Assembly (NCBI GenBank): GCA_027451665.1
Contig: DAIDIW010000002.1
Span: 146,766 to 210,765 of the forward strand
Source of the DNA: Candidatus Kaiserbacteria bacterium
GTDB taxonomy: Bacteria > Patescibacteriota > Minisyncoccia > Phycocordibacterales > Phycocordibacteraceae
Length of the DNA: 64,000 bases
Direction: 5' to 3'
Part shown: piece after piece, positions 34,880 through 46,859 of the stretch
Numbering within the stretch: position 1 is the stretch's first letter
Layout of the letters: every line of letters starts with the position of its first letter
The notes under the pieces: model-generated
Databases searched by the model: none
Told to the model about the DNA's origin: nothing
The model's input: the letters and a program-made list of their open reading frames with translations, nothing else
Translations under genes and position numbers: made by a program

Positions 34880-37744
34880 TCAAACGACGATATTAAGAAT
34901 ACGTCCCGGTACGTACACGGTTCTGTGCGTGCCGGCCGCAAGCGCTTCCGCAACTGCCGGGATAGCGCGTGCGGCCGCGCACGCTTCCTCTTCCGTAGCG
35001 TCCGGGGCAAGCGTGACCTCTCCGCGGCGTTTTCCATTCACCTGGACGGCGAGGGTAATGACACGGTCCACAAGAAGCTCCGGCGCGTAGCGAGGCCATG
35101 CGTTCGCGTGCACGGATCCCTCCCCTCCAAGCGAAGCCCAGAGCCGTTCAGTGATGTGCGGAGCGAACGGCGCAAGAAGCTGTACATAGGCGCGCATGCT
35201 CTGCTTCGAGAGCGTTTGTTCTCGTTCAAGCTCATTGAGCAGTGCCATGAGCGTTGCGACGGCGGTATTCAGCTTGAATCGATCTCCGTCCTCCGCGATC
35301 TTCACGCTCGCGCGCGCAAGCCCGCGTTCTTCCCCCTCTGTAGGCGCCGCATCGCTCGCGCGCGCCGCCTGGCGGATAACGCGTTCGATGAATCGGCGCA
35401 TGGAAGGAACGCCGTCGAGGTGCCAAGGATAGCTGCCCGGCTCGTTATACGGGCCGATGAACGCCAGATAGATGCGTACCGCATCAGCTCCATACTCTTC
35501 CACCACCTCATCGGGATTGATGACGTTTCCCTTCGACTTGCTCATTTTCTGACCGTCAGGACCCATGATGAGTCCCCGATTGAATCGCTCCTCGAAGGGC
35601 TCCTCGACCGGTACGAGCGCAAGGTCGTGCAATGCTTTGATGAAGAAGCGGGCGTACAGCAGATGCATCGTGGTGTGCTCGCTGCCGCCTGAGTAACGAT
35701 CCACGGGGAGCCATCTCTTCATGCGCCTCCCGTCTGAGAAATCGTTTGCATCCTTCGGATCAAGATATCGCAAGAAGTACCATGAAGAATCAACGAACGT
35801 ATCCAAGGTGTCGTATTCCGGCGTCCATCCCGCTCCAAAGATTCGTGTGACCCGTTCGCGCAATTCCTCCGAGGATGCAAGCGGTGATTTACCAGTCGGT
35901 TTGAAATCGACATCGGTCGGTAGCAGCCACGGCAAATGCTCCGCTGGAATCGCGTGCGGCTTCCCCTCGGGGTCATAGACAATAGGGATCGGGCAGCCCC
36001 AGTAGCGTTGTCGAGAGACGAGCCAGTCACGCAGACGGTAATTCGTGGTGCGTTCGCCGCCCGCGTACTCGATAATGTCAGAGAACGCCTCGCGATTGTC
36101 TCTGCCGTCGAACGTGCCGGAATTAATGAGGTAGCCGTCGCCCGTAAGCGCGATTTCTTCGTGCAAGAGCTGCCACATCTGCTTTTGATGCGCCGGCGTA
36201 AGCCGTCCAAGCATCTCATGCTCCTCAATCCAGGAGAGCGTATGCTTCTTCGCTTCATCATCCGGAATCTTTCCCTTGCCTTCGAGCGAATCGATCTCGG
36301 CGAGGAGCGCATACGTATGCGCGCAGCGATTCTCTCCCTTGTGTGAGGCGCAGTAACGCGCGGCTGTTATGAATGGCACCCGCTTGGTGATGTGCGCGCC
36401 CACAAGTGCGGCTTCCTCGCTGATCTCCCTCACGGCTGCTTCTTCCGGTGTCTCCCCAGCGTCGATACCGCCCATAATGGCCGTCGCGATCCCTTCGAGC
36501 GGGCCATGCCAATCGAGAATGGCGAACTTGCCGGTCGAGCGATCCCTAAGATGCACCACTACCGTATCGCGCTTCACCTCCTCAAACTCAGGGCGCGGCG
36601 GGTTCGATACGTCATCGGCGCACGGGACAACTACCTGCCGAATCGCTAGCCCATGCTTCTTCGCGAACTCGAAGTCGCGCTCGTCATGCGCTGGGACCGC
36701 CATGACCGCTCCGGTGCCGTAGGAGCCGAGCACGTAGTCGGCAACATAGATGGGGATCGGTTCGTTCGTCGCCGGATTGATCGCTCTCACACCCTTGAGC
36801 TCCACCCCTGTCTTTTCCTTATTTTCACTTCGTTCACGCTCTGTTTTCCGCTTAGTGGCCTCTAGATAGCCGCGCACTTCATTGGCATTCTCAATTCGCC
36901 GCGCATCCTCGGTGGCCAGCTGGGTTACGAGAGAATGTTCCGGCGCAAGCACAAGGTAGGTAGCGCCGAAGATGGTGTCCGGCCTCGTCGTGAATACATC
37001 GACCACGTGCACTGCCTCCGAGGCGGAGGCCGCGTCACTAATGTCAAATCGCATGCGAGCGCCCTCGCTCTTCCCGATCCACGCTCGCTGCGCATCCTTG
37101 ATATCTTCGCGCCACGGCAGGCGTTCGAGCCCACTCAGGAGCCGGTCCGCATATTTCGTGATCTTGAGGAACCATTGGGTGAGCGTCCTTTCTTCCACTT
37201 CCGTGCCACAGCGCTCGCATCGGCCATCTATCACCTGTTCGTTCGCAAGCACCGTCTGGTCCTTTGGACACCATTTCACCGGCGCAGCTCGCCTCTCCGC
37301 AAGCCCGTGCTCGAAGAGTTTCGTAAACAACCACTGGGTCCATTGGTAATACGAAGGATCGCACGCGATTACCTCCTTCGACCAATCAAACGACGCGCCC
37401 ATGCTCTCGAGCTGCACGCGCATACGTTCGATATTCTGGTAGGTCCATTCTTTAGGATCAATGCCATTCTTGATAGCGGCGTTCTCGGCAGGGAGCCCGA
37501 ATGCATCGAACCCGATAGGAAAGAGGACGTTTTTACCGCGCGCACGCAGCATCCGCGCATAGATATCGGTTAGCGCGAACGCGTACCAATGGCCAATGTG
37601 GAGGTCTCCTGACGGATACGGGAATTCAACGAGGAGATAGTACGGGTCCGCATCGCTCGCGAGATCTGTCTCGTACAGATTAAGCTCCTTCCACATTGCC
37701 TGCGCTTCAGCCTCGACTTCGCGATGGTTGTACGTCCCTCCCAT
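34880..37744 (-). CDS. leuS: leucyl-tRNA synthetase
   Basis: HIGH: PYPSGDLHIGHWYAFALTDIYARM; KMSKS: QKMSKSKGN; CP1 editing domain present. 954 aa, longer than typical bacterial LeuRS because of insertions. Confidence 0.9.
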   Translation of the reverse strand: MGGTYNHREVEAEAQAMWKELNLYETDLASDADPYYLLVEFPYPSGDLHIGHWYAFALTDIYARMLRARGKNVLFPIGFDAFGLPAENAAIKNGIDPKEWTYQNIERMRVQLESMGASFDWSKEVIACDPSYYQWTQWLFTKLFEHGLAERRAAPVKWCPKDQTVLANEQVIDGRCERCGTEVEERTLTQWFLKITKYADRLLSGLERLPWREDIKDAQRAWIGKSEGARMRFDISDAASASEAVHVVDVFTTRPDTIFGATYLVLAPEHSLVTQLATEDARRIENANEVRGYLEATKRKTERERSENKEKTGVELKGVRAINPATNEPIPIYVADYVLGSYGTGAVMAVPAHDERDFEFAKKHGLAIRQVVVPCADDVSNPPRPEFEEVKRDTVVVHLRDRSTGKFAILDWHGPLEGIATAIMGGIDAGETPEEAAVREISEEAALVGAHITKRVPFITAARYCASHKGENRCAHTYALLAEIDSLEGKGKIPDDEAKKHTLSWIEEHEMLGRLTPAHQKQMWQLLHEEIALTGDGYLINSGTFDGRDNREAFSDIIEYAGGERTTNYRLRDWLVSRQRYWGCPIPIVYDPEGKPHAIPAEHLPWLLPTDVDFKPTGKSPLASSEELRERVTRIFGAGWTPEYDTLDTFVDSSWYFLRYLDPKDANDFSDGRRMKRWLPVDRYSGGSEHTTMHLLYARFFIKALHDLALVPVEEPFEERFNRGLIMGPDGQKMSKSKGNVINPDEVVEEYGADAVRIYLAFIGPYNEPGSYPWHLDGVPSMRRFIERVIRQAARASDAAPTEGEERGLARASVKIAEDGDRFKLNTAVATLMALLNELEREQTLSKQSMRAYVQLLAPFAPHITERLWASLGGEGSVHANAWPRYAPELLVDRVITLAVQVNGKRRGEVTLAPDATEEEACAAARAIPAVAEALAAGTHRTVYVPGRILNIVV

Positions 37745-37748
37745 ATGA

Positions 37749-38306
37749 TCAGTCCTTGAACTGTCTCACGCCTATCGTTAACAACCCGGTAAGCGCTGCT
37801 GTCGCGATGCAAAGACGCAGCCAATTCCCAGCAGTGCCCCAATATGCAGCACTTGCGATGATGAGCGCAAGGACGCCTCCGTACGATAGGCCGCCTGAGA
37901 CGGTGGATGCGCCGAGCGGAAGCAGTCCGATCACGAGCGCGGCGATGCCGAGTATCGTGAGTAGAATGAATGCGTAGAGCGCATGCTGCTCGCTGGCGGA
38001 CTGATACAGGGAATCGCAGGCCGCCGTAACGTCACAGTAGCCGGACGTCGCCTTTGCAGCAGATTGTGCGGGGGATGTCGTGTCGCTCCAGATGCCGCCA
38101 CGTGCGTCGCACGTGGCTGCGTCGAGTGGCGCCGACTGCGTTACGAGCGGGCAGAAGTGGTCGAGTGTCGGCGTTGGAAGCGCGAGCGAAAGCATGACAG
38201 AAAAAGAGACATTCAAAACAACGACGATGCCGAACATGAGCGCCCCCCGTACGAATCTCGGGTGCCTCTTACCCGCGGCTGACTCCATAGCGATGGATTG
38301 TACCAC
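37749..38306 (-). CDS. hypothetical membrane protein with Cys-containing extracytoplasmic loop
   Basis: 185 aa, 4 TM segments, 6 Cys in the central loop. Confidence 0.35.
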   Translation of the reverse strand: MVQSIAMESAAGKRHPRFVRGALMFGIVVVLNVSFSVMLSLALPTPTLDHFCPLVTQSAPLDAATCDARGGIWSDTTSPAQSAAKATSGYCDVTAACDSLYQSASEQHALYAFILLTILGIAALVIGLLPLGASTVSGGLSYGGVLALIIASAAYWGTAGNWLRLCIATAALTGLLTIGVRQFKD

Positions 38307-38343
38307 GCTTTCATGAATTTGGAGTTCGGCGTCACCGGGACGG

Positions 38344-39441
38344 TCAGGCGTGCAGGAATACCATCACGTCGCCATCGCGCACGAGATATTCCTTCCCCTC
38401 GGTTCTCAGCTTTCCCGTGTCTCTCGCCCTCCCCCATCCGCCTGCGGCGATGAGATCGGCATAGGCCACCACTTCCGCACGAATAAACTTGTCCTTGAAG
38501 TCCGTATGTATCGCCGCTCCGGCCTCTGGCGCGCTCGCCCCCTTTGGTACGGTCCAGGCTCGGGTCTCCTTCTCACCGGTCGTAAAAAAGGAGATGAGAC
38601 CGAGTGTTGTGTAGGCTCCTCGAATCAGTTCGGCAAGCCCGTCCTCATGCACGCCAAGCTCTTCGCGGAAGGATTGTTTATCGTCTTCGGATACATCGTT
38701 CAATTCCCGTTCGGTAGCAGCATCCACCATCACGTAGTTACCCCCTAGCTGAGAAATGAGTTCGTAGCAGCGTTTCGCGCGGCCGTCCGCGAGCTCATCT
38801 AGATTGTGGCCACCACTCTTTCTATTGAGCGCGTAGAGAATAGGTTTCATGGTTAAGAGAGCGAGGTGCTCGACGCATGCGCGCTCATCCAGATCGAGCG
38901 ATGCGTGCAGCGCAAGCTTGCCTGCGGCGAAGGCTTGTTCAAGCTTCGCAAGCGCCACATCTTCCGCAATCGCATCCTTCTGCCCTGCCTTCATATCGCG
39001 TGCGAGCTTGTCGCGGCGTTTGCGCACCTGTTCTGCATCCGCGAGCGTAAGCTCGAGGTTGATTACCTCTATGTCCTTATAGGGCTCGACTTCACCATGC
39101 ACGTGATGCGTATCTGGATCATCGAAGAACCGCACGACCTCGAGGATCGCGTCAGTCTCCTTGATATTCGCAAGAAACTGGTTGCCGAGACCTTCGCCTT
39201 CCGCCGCGCCCTTTACGAGCCCGGCGATATCTACGAATTCGATCGCAGCTGGGATCTTCTTCTCGCTCTGCGACAGTTCAGCGAGCCGGTCGAGGCGCGT
39301 ATCAGGCACGCCGACCACGCCCACCGAGGGGTCGATTGTACAGAACGGGTAATTCTCGGCCGGCACCGACGCCTTAGTGAGTGCATTAAAAAGCGTGGAT
39401 TTCCCCACGTTTGGCAGGCCTACGATCCCGATTTTAAGCAT
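38344..39441 (-). CDS. ychF: ribosome-binding ATPase YchF (Obg family)
   Basis: MLKIGIVGLPNVGKSTLFNALT (G1), DIAGLVKGA (G3), C-terminal TGS domain; 365 aa. Confidence 0.9.
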   Translation of the reverse strand: MLKIGIVGLPNVGKSTLFNALTKASVPAENYPFCTIDPSVGVVGVPDTRLDRLAELSQSEKKIPAAIEFVDIAGLVKGAAEGEGLGNQFLANIKETDAILEVVRFFDDPDTHHVHGEVEPYKDIEVINLELTLADAEQVRKRRDKLARDMKAGQKDAIAEDVALAKLEQAFAAGKLALHASLDLDERACVEHLALLTMKPILYALNRKSGGHNLDELADGRAKRCYELISQLGGNYVMVDAATERELNDVSEDDKQSFREELGVHEDGLAELIRGAYTTLGLISFFTTGEKETRAWTVPKGASAPEAGAAIHTDFKDKFIRAEVVAYADLIAAGGWGRARDTGKLRTEGKEYLVRDGDVMVFLHA

Positions 39442-39523
39442 TCGTTAACGTTACTAGGATAATGAACAAAAGCAAAGTCTACGGCTGACGCTTAGGTCTC
39501 CGTCTCACCATAAGGCGACGCCG

Positions 39524-40102
39524 CTATTTTCCCCTCCGGCCAAGACGTTCGACCTTGCGCATCCAACGCGCGTGGGTCCGCGCCGAGGCGCGTTCGGACG
39601 GGCCGAATACGGTCGAGTGCGCAGCGATGCCTGCGAAGCGCAGAAGTGCAAGCTCGAGGACGACCGTAGGCGGTCCGTACATGAAGCGTAACAGCGGCGG
39701 CCACGTGTTCGCGCTCGTCACGATCCGTCCGGTCCGTCCTTTGAGAAGCTTCTTCCATGTAAGCCCATGGTCGGCAAAGTTAAAACAAACATGCGGAAGC
39801 CACGCGCGATCAAAAAGGCCCTTCAGCATTGCGGGCATGGAGCTCCACCAGGTCGGGTAGACGACCACCACATGATCGGCCCAGCGGATGTTTGCAAGAA
39901 AATCGTTTAAATCCGGCTCGAGTTCCTGGATGGTCTTATACCCTTCGTGCAGTATCGGGTCGAAATGCATCTCGCCGATATTCATGCGGCGTACCTCGTG
40001 CCCTGCCTCCTTCGCTGCGCGCTCATAGGTGTCTGCGAACGCGCCTGACAGCGTGGCAGGGTCAGTGTGCCCGAGCAAGACGAAGATCTTTTTTCTGGTC
40101 AT
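39524..40102 (-). CDS. flavodoxin-like NAD(P)H-dependent oxidoreductase (NAD(P)H dehydrogenase (quinone)/KefG/MdaB-like)
   Basis: KKIFVLLGHTDPATLSGAFADTYERAAKEAGHEVRRMNIGEMHFDPIL...VVVYPTWWSSMPAMLKGLFDR is the Flavodoxin_2 pattern. Start at ATG 40102. Confidence 0.7.
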   Translation of the reverse strand: MTRKKIFVLLGHTDPATLSGAFADTYERAAKEAGHEVRRMNIGEMHFDPILHEGYKTIQELEPDLNDFLANIRWADHVVVVYPTWWSSMPAMLKGLFDRAWLPHVCFNFADHGLTWKKLLKGRTGRIVTSANTWPPLLRFMYGPPTVVLELALLRFAGIAAHSTVFGPSERASARTHARWMRKVERLGRRGK

Positions 40103-40614
40103 ATTAAACGGTTTTGAGGTGATGTGGTAAAACGCATGCGCGTGAACGCAATAAGCGCATACAGTACAGCGCCTACGATGACATACAGCGCGATCGCACT
40201 TCCGAACGATTTGATGGGGAGGAGTCCAAGAGACAGGTAGGCAAGGAACCACCAGGCAGTGAACGCCGCAGCGCTCCCGAGCAAGAACGGCACGCGCTTA
40301 CGCGCGAGCGCCGACGAGAGTGCCACGATAAGCAGGGCAAGGGATACAAGTACCCAGTAGCTTGCTGTAAGCGCGGGTTGCACGGTAGCACGAGCGACGT
40401 ACGCTCTCACAACAAGCCCAAGGGACGAAAAAAGCACGAGCAGGAGCCCGAAGCGAAGTCCGCGGCCAACGATTCGCAGATGCGCTTGCTCTGCAGCCGA
40501 AATCGCACCGTCGGCTGCCGCGCGCAGGTATGCAACCTCACTCCAGACCGCGCAACTGACACCAATGAGTGCGCCTGTGGCTTGAAGCGTGGCGAGCAAC
40601 GTGACCGCGTGCAT
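40099..40614 (-). CDS. hypothetical integral membrane protein
   Basis: 171 aa, 5 TM; ATGA overlap with the downstream oxidoreductase gene. Confidence 0.4.
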   Translation of the reverse strand: MHAVTLLATLQATGALIGVSCAVWSEVAYLRAAADGAISAAEQAHLRIVGRGLRFGLLLVLFSSLGLVVRAYVARATVQPALTASYWVLVSLALLIVALSSALARKRVPFLLGSAAAFTAWWFLAYLSLGLLPIKSFGSAIALYVIVGAVLYALIAFTRMRFTTSPQNRLI

Positions 40615-40617
40615 ACG

Positions 40618-40848
40618 TTAGCGCTGCATGAGCACCGCGATCTCTTCCCGATGCTTCTTCATGACCTCCATTGCGGCCTTCATCTCGCTCTCTCCTCCTT
40701 TCTTCCGCCGCTCAATCTCTTCGCCGATCCGTTTAAAAAGGTCGGGGTCCTTCTGAACAAGCGCAAGCATTTGGTCGCGCTGCGCCTCTGGCACGTCTTT
40801 CAGCTTCCAATCCGCGTATTTCTTGAAGAAAAAGCTCTGTAGCGACAT
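40618..40848 (-). CDS. small hypothetical helical protein (76 aa)
   Basis: Charged helical protein MSLQSFFFKKYADWKLKDVPEAQRDQMLALVQKDPDLFKRIGEEIERRKK...; normal codon usage, tight spacing. Confidence 0.4.
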   Translation of the reverse strand: MSLQSFFFKKYADWKLKDVPEAQRDQMLALVQKDPDLFKRIGEEIERRKKGGESEMKAAMEVMKKHREEIAVLMQR

Positions 40849-40883
40849 GCGTGCATGATACCACGGTACTGAAGCGACCCCAG

Positions 40884-41297
40884 CTATTCGTTCACCGGAC
40901 GAAGCACGATGCCGCGCAGCGTGCGTACCGTAAAGTAAAGCGCGATGAGCGAGATTAGCGCAAGCGCCTCGAGGAAAATGAACGATGCGCTCACGGTATT
41001 TACGCCGGCCTGATATTTCTCGATCACGGTAGTACCGAACAAAAGCGTGCCCAAGGCTGCAAGAAATGCATTCGTCCAGTGTATCCAGCGCTGGGTCGGG
41101 TTCGTAACGCCTGCGGCGACGACGAGAACGACCGCTCCCACGACGGCGCCCGCGGTCGAGAGCGGTAACTGCGCACCTGTAGACTGCGCAACGATGAGGG
41201 TGAGCGCAGCGAGAACGAAGAGCGCCCGCACGGCGTCCCCGTGGTAGTGCGGAATACCCCGATGGCGCTCACGCCCGGAGTCTTCATCAAATGCCAT
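40884..41297 (-). CDS. hypothetical membrane protein
   Basis: 137 aa, 3-4 TM helices. Confidence 0.4.
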   Translation of the reverse strand: MAFDEDSGRERHRGIPHYHGDAVRALFVLAALTLIVAQSTGAQLPLSTAGAVVGAVVLVVAAGVTNPTQRWIHWTNAFLAALGTLLFGTTVIEKYQAGVNTVSASFIFLEALALISLIALYFTVRTLRGIVLRPVNE

Positions 41298-41387
41298 AGT
41301 GAAAGTATACCGGAGGCTTGGCGAGCGCGTTGTCGGTCAATCGAGCTCCGTGGATAACGAGTCGGCGTCCCTGGTCATGGGGATGTC

Positions 41388-41636
41388 CTAGAGCAGGATT
41401 GTCGCCTCATTATGCGAGACTTCTGCTACGCCGCCGCCTTCGATATCGAAATGGTACGTCTCCCCGTCGGCAGCGACCACGTGGATCTGCCCCTCTGCAA
41501 GACGAGAGACGAAGGGTTCGTGATGCGCGAGCACCTGGAACACCCCTTCGGTACCGGGCAGCACAACCGAAACGGCTTGTCCGTCAAAGAGGTTCTCACC
41601 AACCCGGGCGACTGTCAGATTGAATGCGTTTGCCAT
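41388..41636 (-). CDS. atpC: ATP synthase F1 epsilon subunit (short, beta-sandwich domain only)
   Basis: MANAFNLTVARVGENLFDGQAVSVVLPGTEGVFQVLAHHEPFVSRL...; 82 aa; lacks the C-terminal inhibitory helices. Confidence 0.8.
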   Translation of the reverse strand: MANAFNLTVARVGENLFDGQAVSVVLPGTEGVFQVLAHHEPFVSRLAEGQIHVVAADGETYHFDIEGGGVAEVSHNEATILL

Positions 41637-41646
41637 CGGTCACCAT

Positions 41647-43143
<1,497 letters not shown>

Positions 43144-44052
43144 TTAACTCGCGAGCGCTTCGCGGCCGCCTACGATCTCAGAGACTTCGCGGGTGATTGC
43201 GGCCTGACGTAGCTTGTTATAGGTTCTCGTGAGATCCCGCACGACTTCCTTCGATTTGTCGGACGCGCTCTTCATAGCGACCATGCGAGCCGAGTGCTCG
43301 GACGCCTTGCTCTCGAGGAGCATGTGATACAGAGAGGCGGCAACGAGGCGCGGGACGAGCAGATCGAGCAACTCGGCGTCTTCCGGTTCGATCGTGTATG
43401 CAGGGACATCTTGCGAGCGGTCGAGCGTGCTGTACTTCCCCTTTGAGGGGACAATGTCCTCGACCAGCTTTCGCACCTCCTCGAGCGAAAGCGGCAAGAG
43501 CGTGCGAATTGTAGGCGTTTGCTCGAATGTCGAGCGAAAATTGCTATAGGCGACGATAACACGATCGAATGCTTCGGCCGCATACGCGCGCGTGAGGTCG
43601 GCTACAAGGCGATCCATCACGGAAAGCTCCACCTCGTCGATCCGATTCTCCCAGAAGCCTGTGATGCGATAGCCGCGATGTGTGAAGAACTCCATCCCCT
43701 TCTTGCCATACGCGTACACAGAAACCGCTTCGACCGGATAGCCCCGAAGCGCTTCGCGTGCGGCCTTCGTCACGTTCGCGCTTAACGCTCCCGCTAGCCC
43801 TTTATCGCTTGTGATGATAACAAGCGCGATGCGTTTCGGCTCGCGCGCGCGGGCGAGCGGATGCCGTACGAGATCGGCACCACCCGAAAGCCTTGAAAGT
43901 ATCTGAAGCGCCGCGCGCGCGTAGGGACGGCCTTTAAGCGCGCGCTCCTGCGTCTTGCGCATCTTAACTGCGGAAACCGCCTCCATCGCCCGTGTCACCT
44001 TATTGGTGCGGTTCGTCGAACCGATCTTCGCTTTGATATCCTTGAGCGCCAT
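43144..44052 (-). CDS. atpG: ATP synthase F1 gamma subunit
   Basis: MALKDIKAKIGSTNRTNKVTRAMEAVSAVKMRK...; 302 aa. Confidence 0.9.
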   Translation of the reverse strand: MALKDIKAKIGSTNRTNKVTRAMEAVSAVKMRKTQERALKGRPYARAALQILSRLSGGADLVRHPLARAREPKRIALVIITSDKGLAGALSANVTKAAREALRGYPVEAVSVYAYGKKGMEFFTHRGYRITGFWENRIDEVELSVMDRLVADLTRAYAAEAFDRVIVAYSNFRSTFEQTPTIRTLLPLSLEEVRKLVEDIVPSKGKYSTLDRSQDVPAYTIEPEDAELLDLLVPRLVAASLYHMLLESKASEHSARMVAMKSASDKSKEVVRDLTRTYNKLRQAAITREVSEIVGGREALAS

Positions 44053-44058
44053 GACAGA

Positions 44059-45612
44059 TTATGCGTTCGTCGCGCGCTGAACGAACTGCGTGAGCTTCTC
44101 GCGCAGGGACGCTTCCGTCTCCTCGCGGATCTCCTTCGATTCCTTGATCGCTTCGAGGATGCCGCCCGCTTCGCGGTCGAGATAATCGCGGAGCTTCTTC
44201 TCGATTGCGGGAATCTCATGCGGCGAGAAGGCATCGAGATAGCCGTTCGTCGCCGCAAAGATGATCGCCGCTTCCATCTGGAACGGCAGAGGCGCCCCCT
44301 TGCCCTGGGTCAGCACCTGCGTCATACGTCGACCGTCGTCAATCTGCTTCTTTGTATCAGCGTCGAGGTCGGACGAGAATTGCATGAACGCTTCGAGTTC
44401 GCGGAACTGCGCGAGGGAGAGCTTGATTTTGCCCGAGATCCTTTTCATCGCCTTTGTCTGCGCGGAGCTGCCCACGCGGGAGACCGAAAGCCCCACGTTA
44501 ATCGCAGGCCGCTGACCCTTGTTAAAGAGGTCCGATTCGAGAAAAATCTGGCCGTCCGTGATCGAGATGACGTTCGTCGGAATGTAGGCCGACACGTCAT
44601 TCTCCTGCGTCTCGATGATAGGGAGCGCGGTGAGCGACCCGCCTCCCTTTGCTTCGGAAAGCTTCGCTGCCCGCTCGAGGAGCCGCGAGTGCAAATAGAA
44701 GATGTCGCCTGGGTAGGCTTCACGTCCCGGCGGACGCCGCAGGAGGAGCGACATCTGGCGGTACGCGACCGCCTGTTTCGAGAGGTCATCATAAACGACA
44801 AGCGCGTCGTCGCCGCGATCCATGAAGAACTCCCCTATGGCCGCGCCTGCAAAGGGTGCAAGGAACTGAAGCGCAGCCGGCGACGATGCCGGTGCCGTCA
44901 CCACGATCGTGTAATCCATCGCGCCGCGTTCAGCGAGTTCGGCGACGATCTTTGCGGTCTTAGACTCCTTCTGGCCGATCGCGACATAAATGCAAATTGG
45001 ACGTCTCTCTTTCGGCTCATACTTTTGCGCAAGAATAGTATCGACCGCAATCGAGGTCTTTCCCGTCCCGCGATCGCCGATGATGAGCTCACGCTGGCCG
45101 CGGCCGATCGGAATCATGGAGTCAACGGCTTTGATGCCGGTATGGAGCGGTACGTTCACCGGTGCGCGATCGATAACGCCGTACGCTTCACGCTCAATCG
45201 GACGCAGCACAGTCTCGCCGGTCGGCCCCTTGCCGTCTACCGATTCACCGAGCGGATTCACGACACGACCGACGAGTGATTCGCCAACCGGAATCGAAAG
45301 CAGTCGCCCGACGCGACGAACGAGCATGCCTTCATACACCTTCGCGGAATCGCCGAGAATAACCGCGCGTACCCCGTCCTCCTCGAGATTGAGCACGAGC
45401 CCGAATACGGGATTCGGATCCTTGAGTGCCGCCTCGAGCGTGCGATCGAACGTCGGGTCGAAGATGATCATTTCGCTCATCACTGCGCCCGTGAGGCCGT
45501 CAATTTCCGCGATACCGTCGCCGGCAGCGCGCACCGTTCCTGCCTCCTCGCTGCCTGCGTCGGGCTTCCACGACGCAATCTCCTTCTCGATACGTTCGAT
45601 TATGCTTTGCAT
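44059..45612 (-). CDS. atpA: ATP synthase F1 alpha subunit
   Basis: Walker A GDRGTGKTSIAVDTI; start at ATG 45612 (MQSIIERIEKEI); 517 aa. Confidence 0.95.
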   Translation of the reverse strand: MQSIIERIEKEIASWKPDAGSEEAGTVRAAGDGIAEIDGLTGAVMSEMIIFDPTFDRTLEAALKDPNPVFGLVLNLEEDGVRAVILGDSAKVYEGMLVRRVGRLLSIPVGESLVGRVVNPLGESVDGKGPTGETVLRPIEREAYGVIDRAPVNVPLHTGIKAVDSMIPIGRGQRELIIGDRGTGKTSIAVDTILAQKYEPKERRPICIYVAIGQKESKTAKIVAELAERGAMDYTIVVTAPASSPAALQFLAPFAGAAIGEFFMDRGDDALVVYDDLSKQAVAYRQMSLLLRRPPGREAYPGDIFYLHSRLLERAAKLSEAKGGGSLTALPIIETQENDVSAYIPTNVISITDGQIFLESDLFNKGQRPAINVGLSVSRVGSSAQTKAMKRISGKIKLSLAQFRELEAFMQFSSDLDADTKKQIDDGRRMTQVLTQGKGAPLPFQMEAAIIFAATNGYLDAFSPHEIPAIEKKLRDYLDREAGGILEAIKESKEIREETEASLREKLTQFVQRATNA

Positions 45613-45614
45613 GA

Positions 45615-45986
45615 TTAGTTCGTGACCTTCTGATAAATCCCGATGAGCGCTGCCTTGGCGCTCTTGTCGATGAGGCGACCACGTCCGCGCGCTCGCCACC
45701 CCTTCACGAGCGAATGATTTACGCTGGCCTCCGTCGCGTCGATCCCTGCGGCGCGCGCTTCGGCAAGCGCCGTTGGCCGTTCCTCAGCGCTCGCTACCTC
45801 GACCATCGGCGCAAGTGCCTTGCGGCGCGCTGCAATTTTCCGCAGCTCCGCATGAATCTGAGGCAGCAGCTTCACCCTGCCGGAGGATGCGAGATGCTCT
45901 ATAAGCCGCTCGATGACTGCTTCAGCCTGCGGCTCGTCATCAAGCGCGGCGACCGATTCGAGGATGTGAGTATAGGAATCAAGCAT
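45615..45986 (-). CDS. atpH: ATP synthase F1 delta subunit (OSCP), short form
   Basis: C-terminus SLVKGWRARGRGRLIDKSAKAALIGIYQKV resembles the delta C-terminal domain. Start at ATG 45986 gives 123 aa, versus about 180 typical. Confidence 0.65.
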   Translation of the reverse strand: MLDSYTHILESVAALDDEPQAEAVIERLIEHLASSGRVKLLPQIHAELRKIAARRKALAPMVEVASAEERPTALAEARAAGIDATEASVNHSLVKGWRARGRGRLIDKSAKAALIGIYQKVTN

Positions 45987-46428
45987 GATGCTTTGAGAGC
46001 ACCTTTTCCGCAGCGAGAATCGCAAGACGCGCAATCTCCTTCTCGCTCTCCCGGCGCATCCGCTCGCCCTCCTCTTTGGCACGCGCCTCGGCATCTTTTG
46101 CTACCTGTTCAGCGCGCGCTTCCGCATCAGAAACGATACGGGCTCGTTCCGAGGAAGCCGTCTCGCGCGCGCTCGCAACGATGCCGTCGGCTTCTGTCTC
46201 TGCCGCACGCACGCGAGCCGCCGCAGTATCGTCCGCCTGCGCAAGCTTCTGTGCCGCCTCGTCAGCATCCTGCACGGCTTTTGCTATTTTCTTCTGCCGC
46301 TCGTCGAGGGTCGACATGACCGGTTTATAGAGAAAATACCAGAGCGCGAGCATGACCAGCCCGAAGTTCACCGCCTGCGCGATGAGCAGATTCAACTGGA
46401 TGCCGAACGCAGAGAAGAGTTGGTGCAT
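45979..46428 (-). CDS. atpF: ATP synthase Fo subunit b
   Basis: N-terminal TM LNLLIAQAVNFGLVMLALWYFLY followed by a long Ala/Glu/Arg-rich coiled coil. Confidence 0.85.
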   Translation of the reverse strand: MHQLFSAFGIQLNLLIAQAVNFGLVMLALWYFLYKPVMSTLDERQKKIAKAVQDADEAAQKLAQADDTAAARVRAAETEADGIVASARETASSERARIVSDAEARAEQVAKDAEARAKEEGERMRRESEKEIARLAILAAEKVLSKHHA

Positions 46429-46522
46429 GGTGCGGGTAGATAAAGTGGGTCGGAAGGACTATAGCTATGCGTAGCGCGGGATATCGGATCCGCGACGCTC
46501 CGCACGGCCCTTCAGCACATGT

Positions 46523-46750
46523 TTAGACGAACTTAATGATGAACGAAACCACGAGCGCGAGAATACCAAGCGCCTCAGTGAACACGATCGCGAGAATCAT
46601 GTTCGAGACAATTTTTCCCGAGGCGTCCGGGTTCCGCCCGATGGCCTGCATGGCGCCGCCGCCAATAAGACCAATACCGATACCCGGGCCGATAACGCCA
46701 AGACCGGCCGCGAGCGCCATCCCGAGATCCTTTGCCGTATTAATATCCAT
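46523..46750 (-). CDS. atpE: ATP synthase Fo subunit c
   Basis: GLGVIGPGIGIGLIGGGAMQAIGRNPD ... FTEALGILALVVSFII (hairpin with the conserved carboxylate E). Confidence 0.9.
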   Translation of the reverse strand: MDINTAKDLGMALAAGLGVIGPGIGIGLIGGGAMQAIGRNPDASGKIVSNMILAIVFTEALGILALVVSFIIKFV

Positions 46751-46859
46751 AGGTTATGAGAAAAGCCTGCTTGGAATTCTCAGATTCCGAACGCCTGCTA
46801 TACTTAATTACTCTTGATAATAATTGCTCCTGGTTATCCCGGAGCCGCCAGAAGCGCCG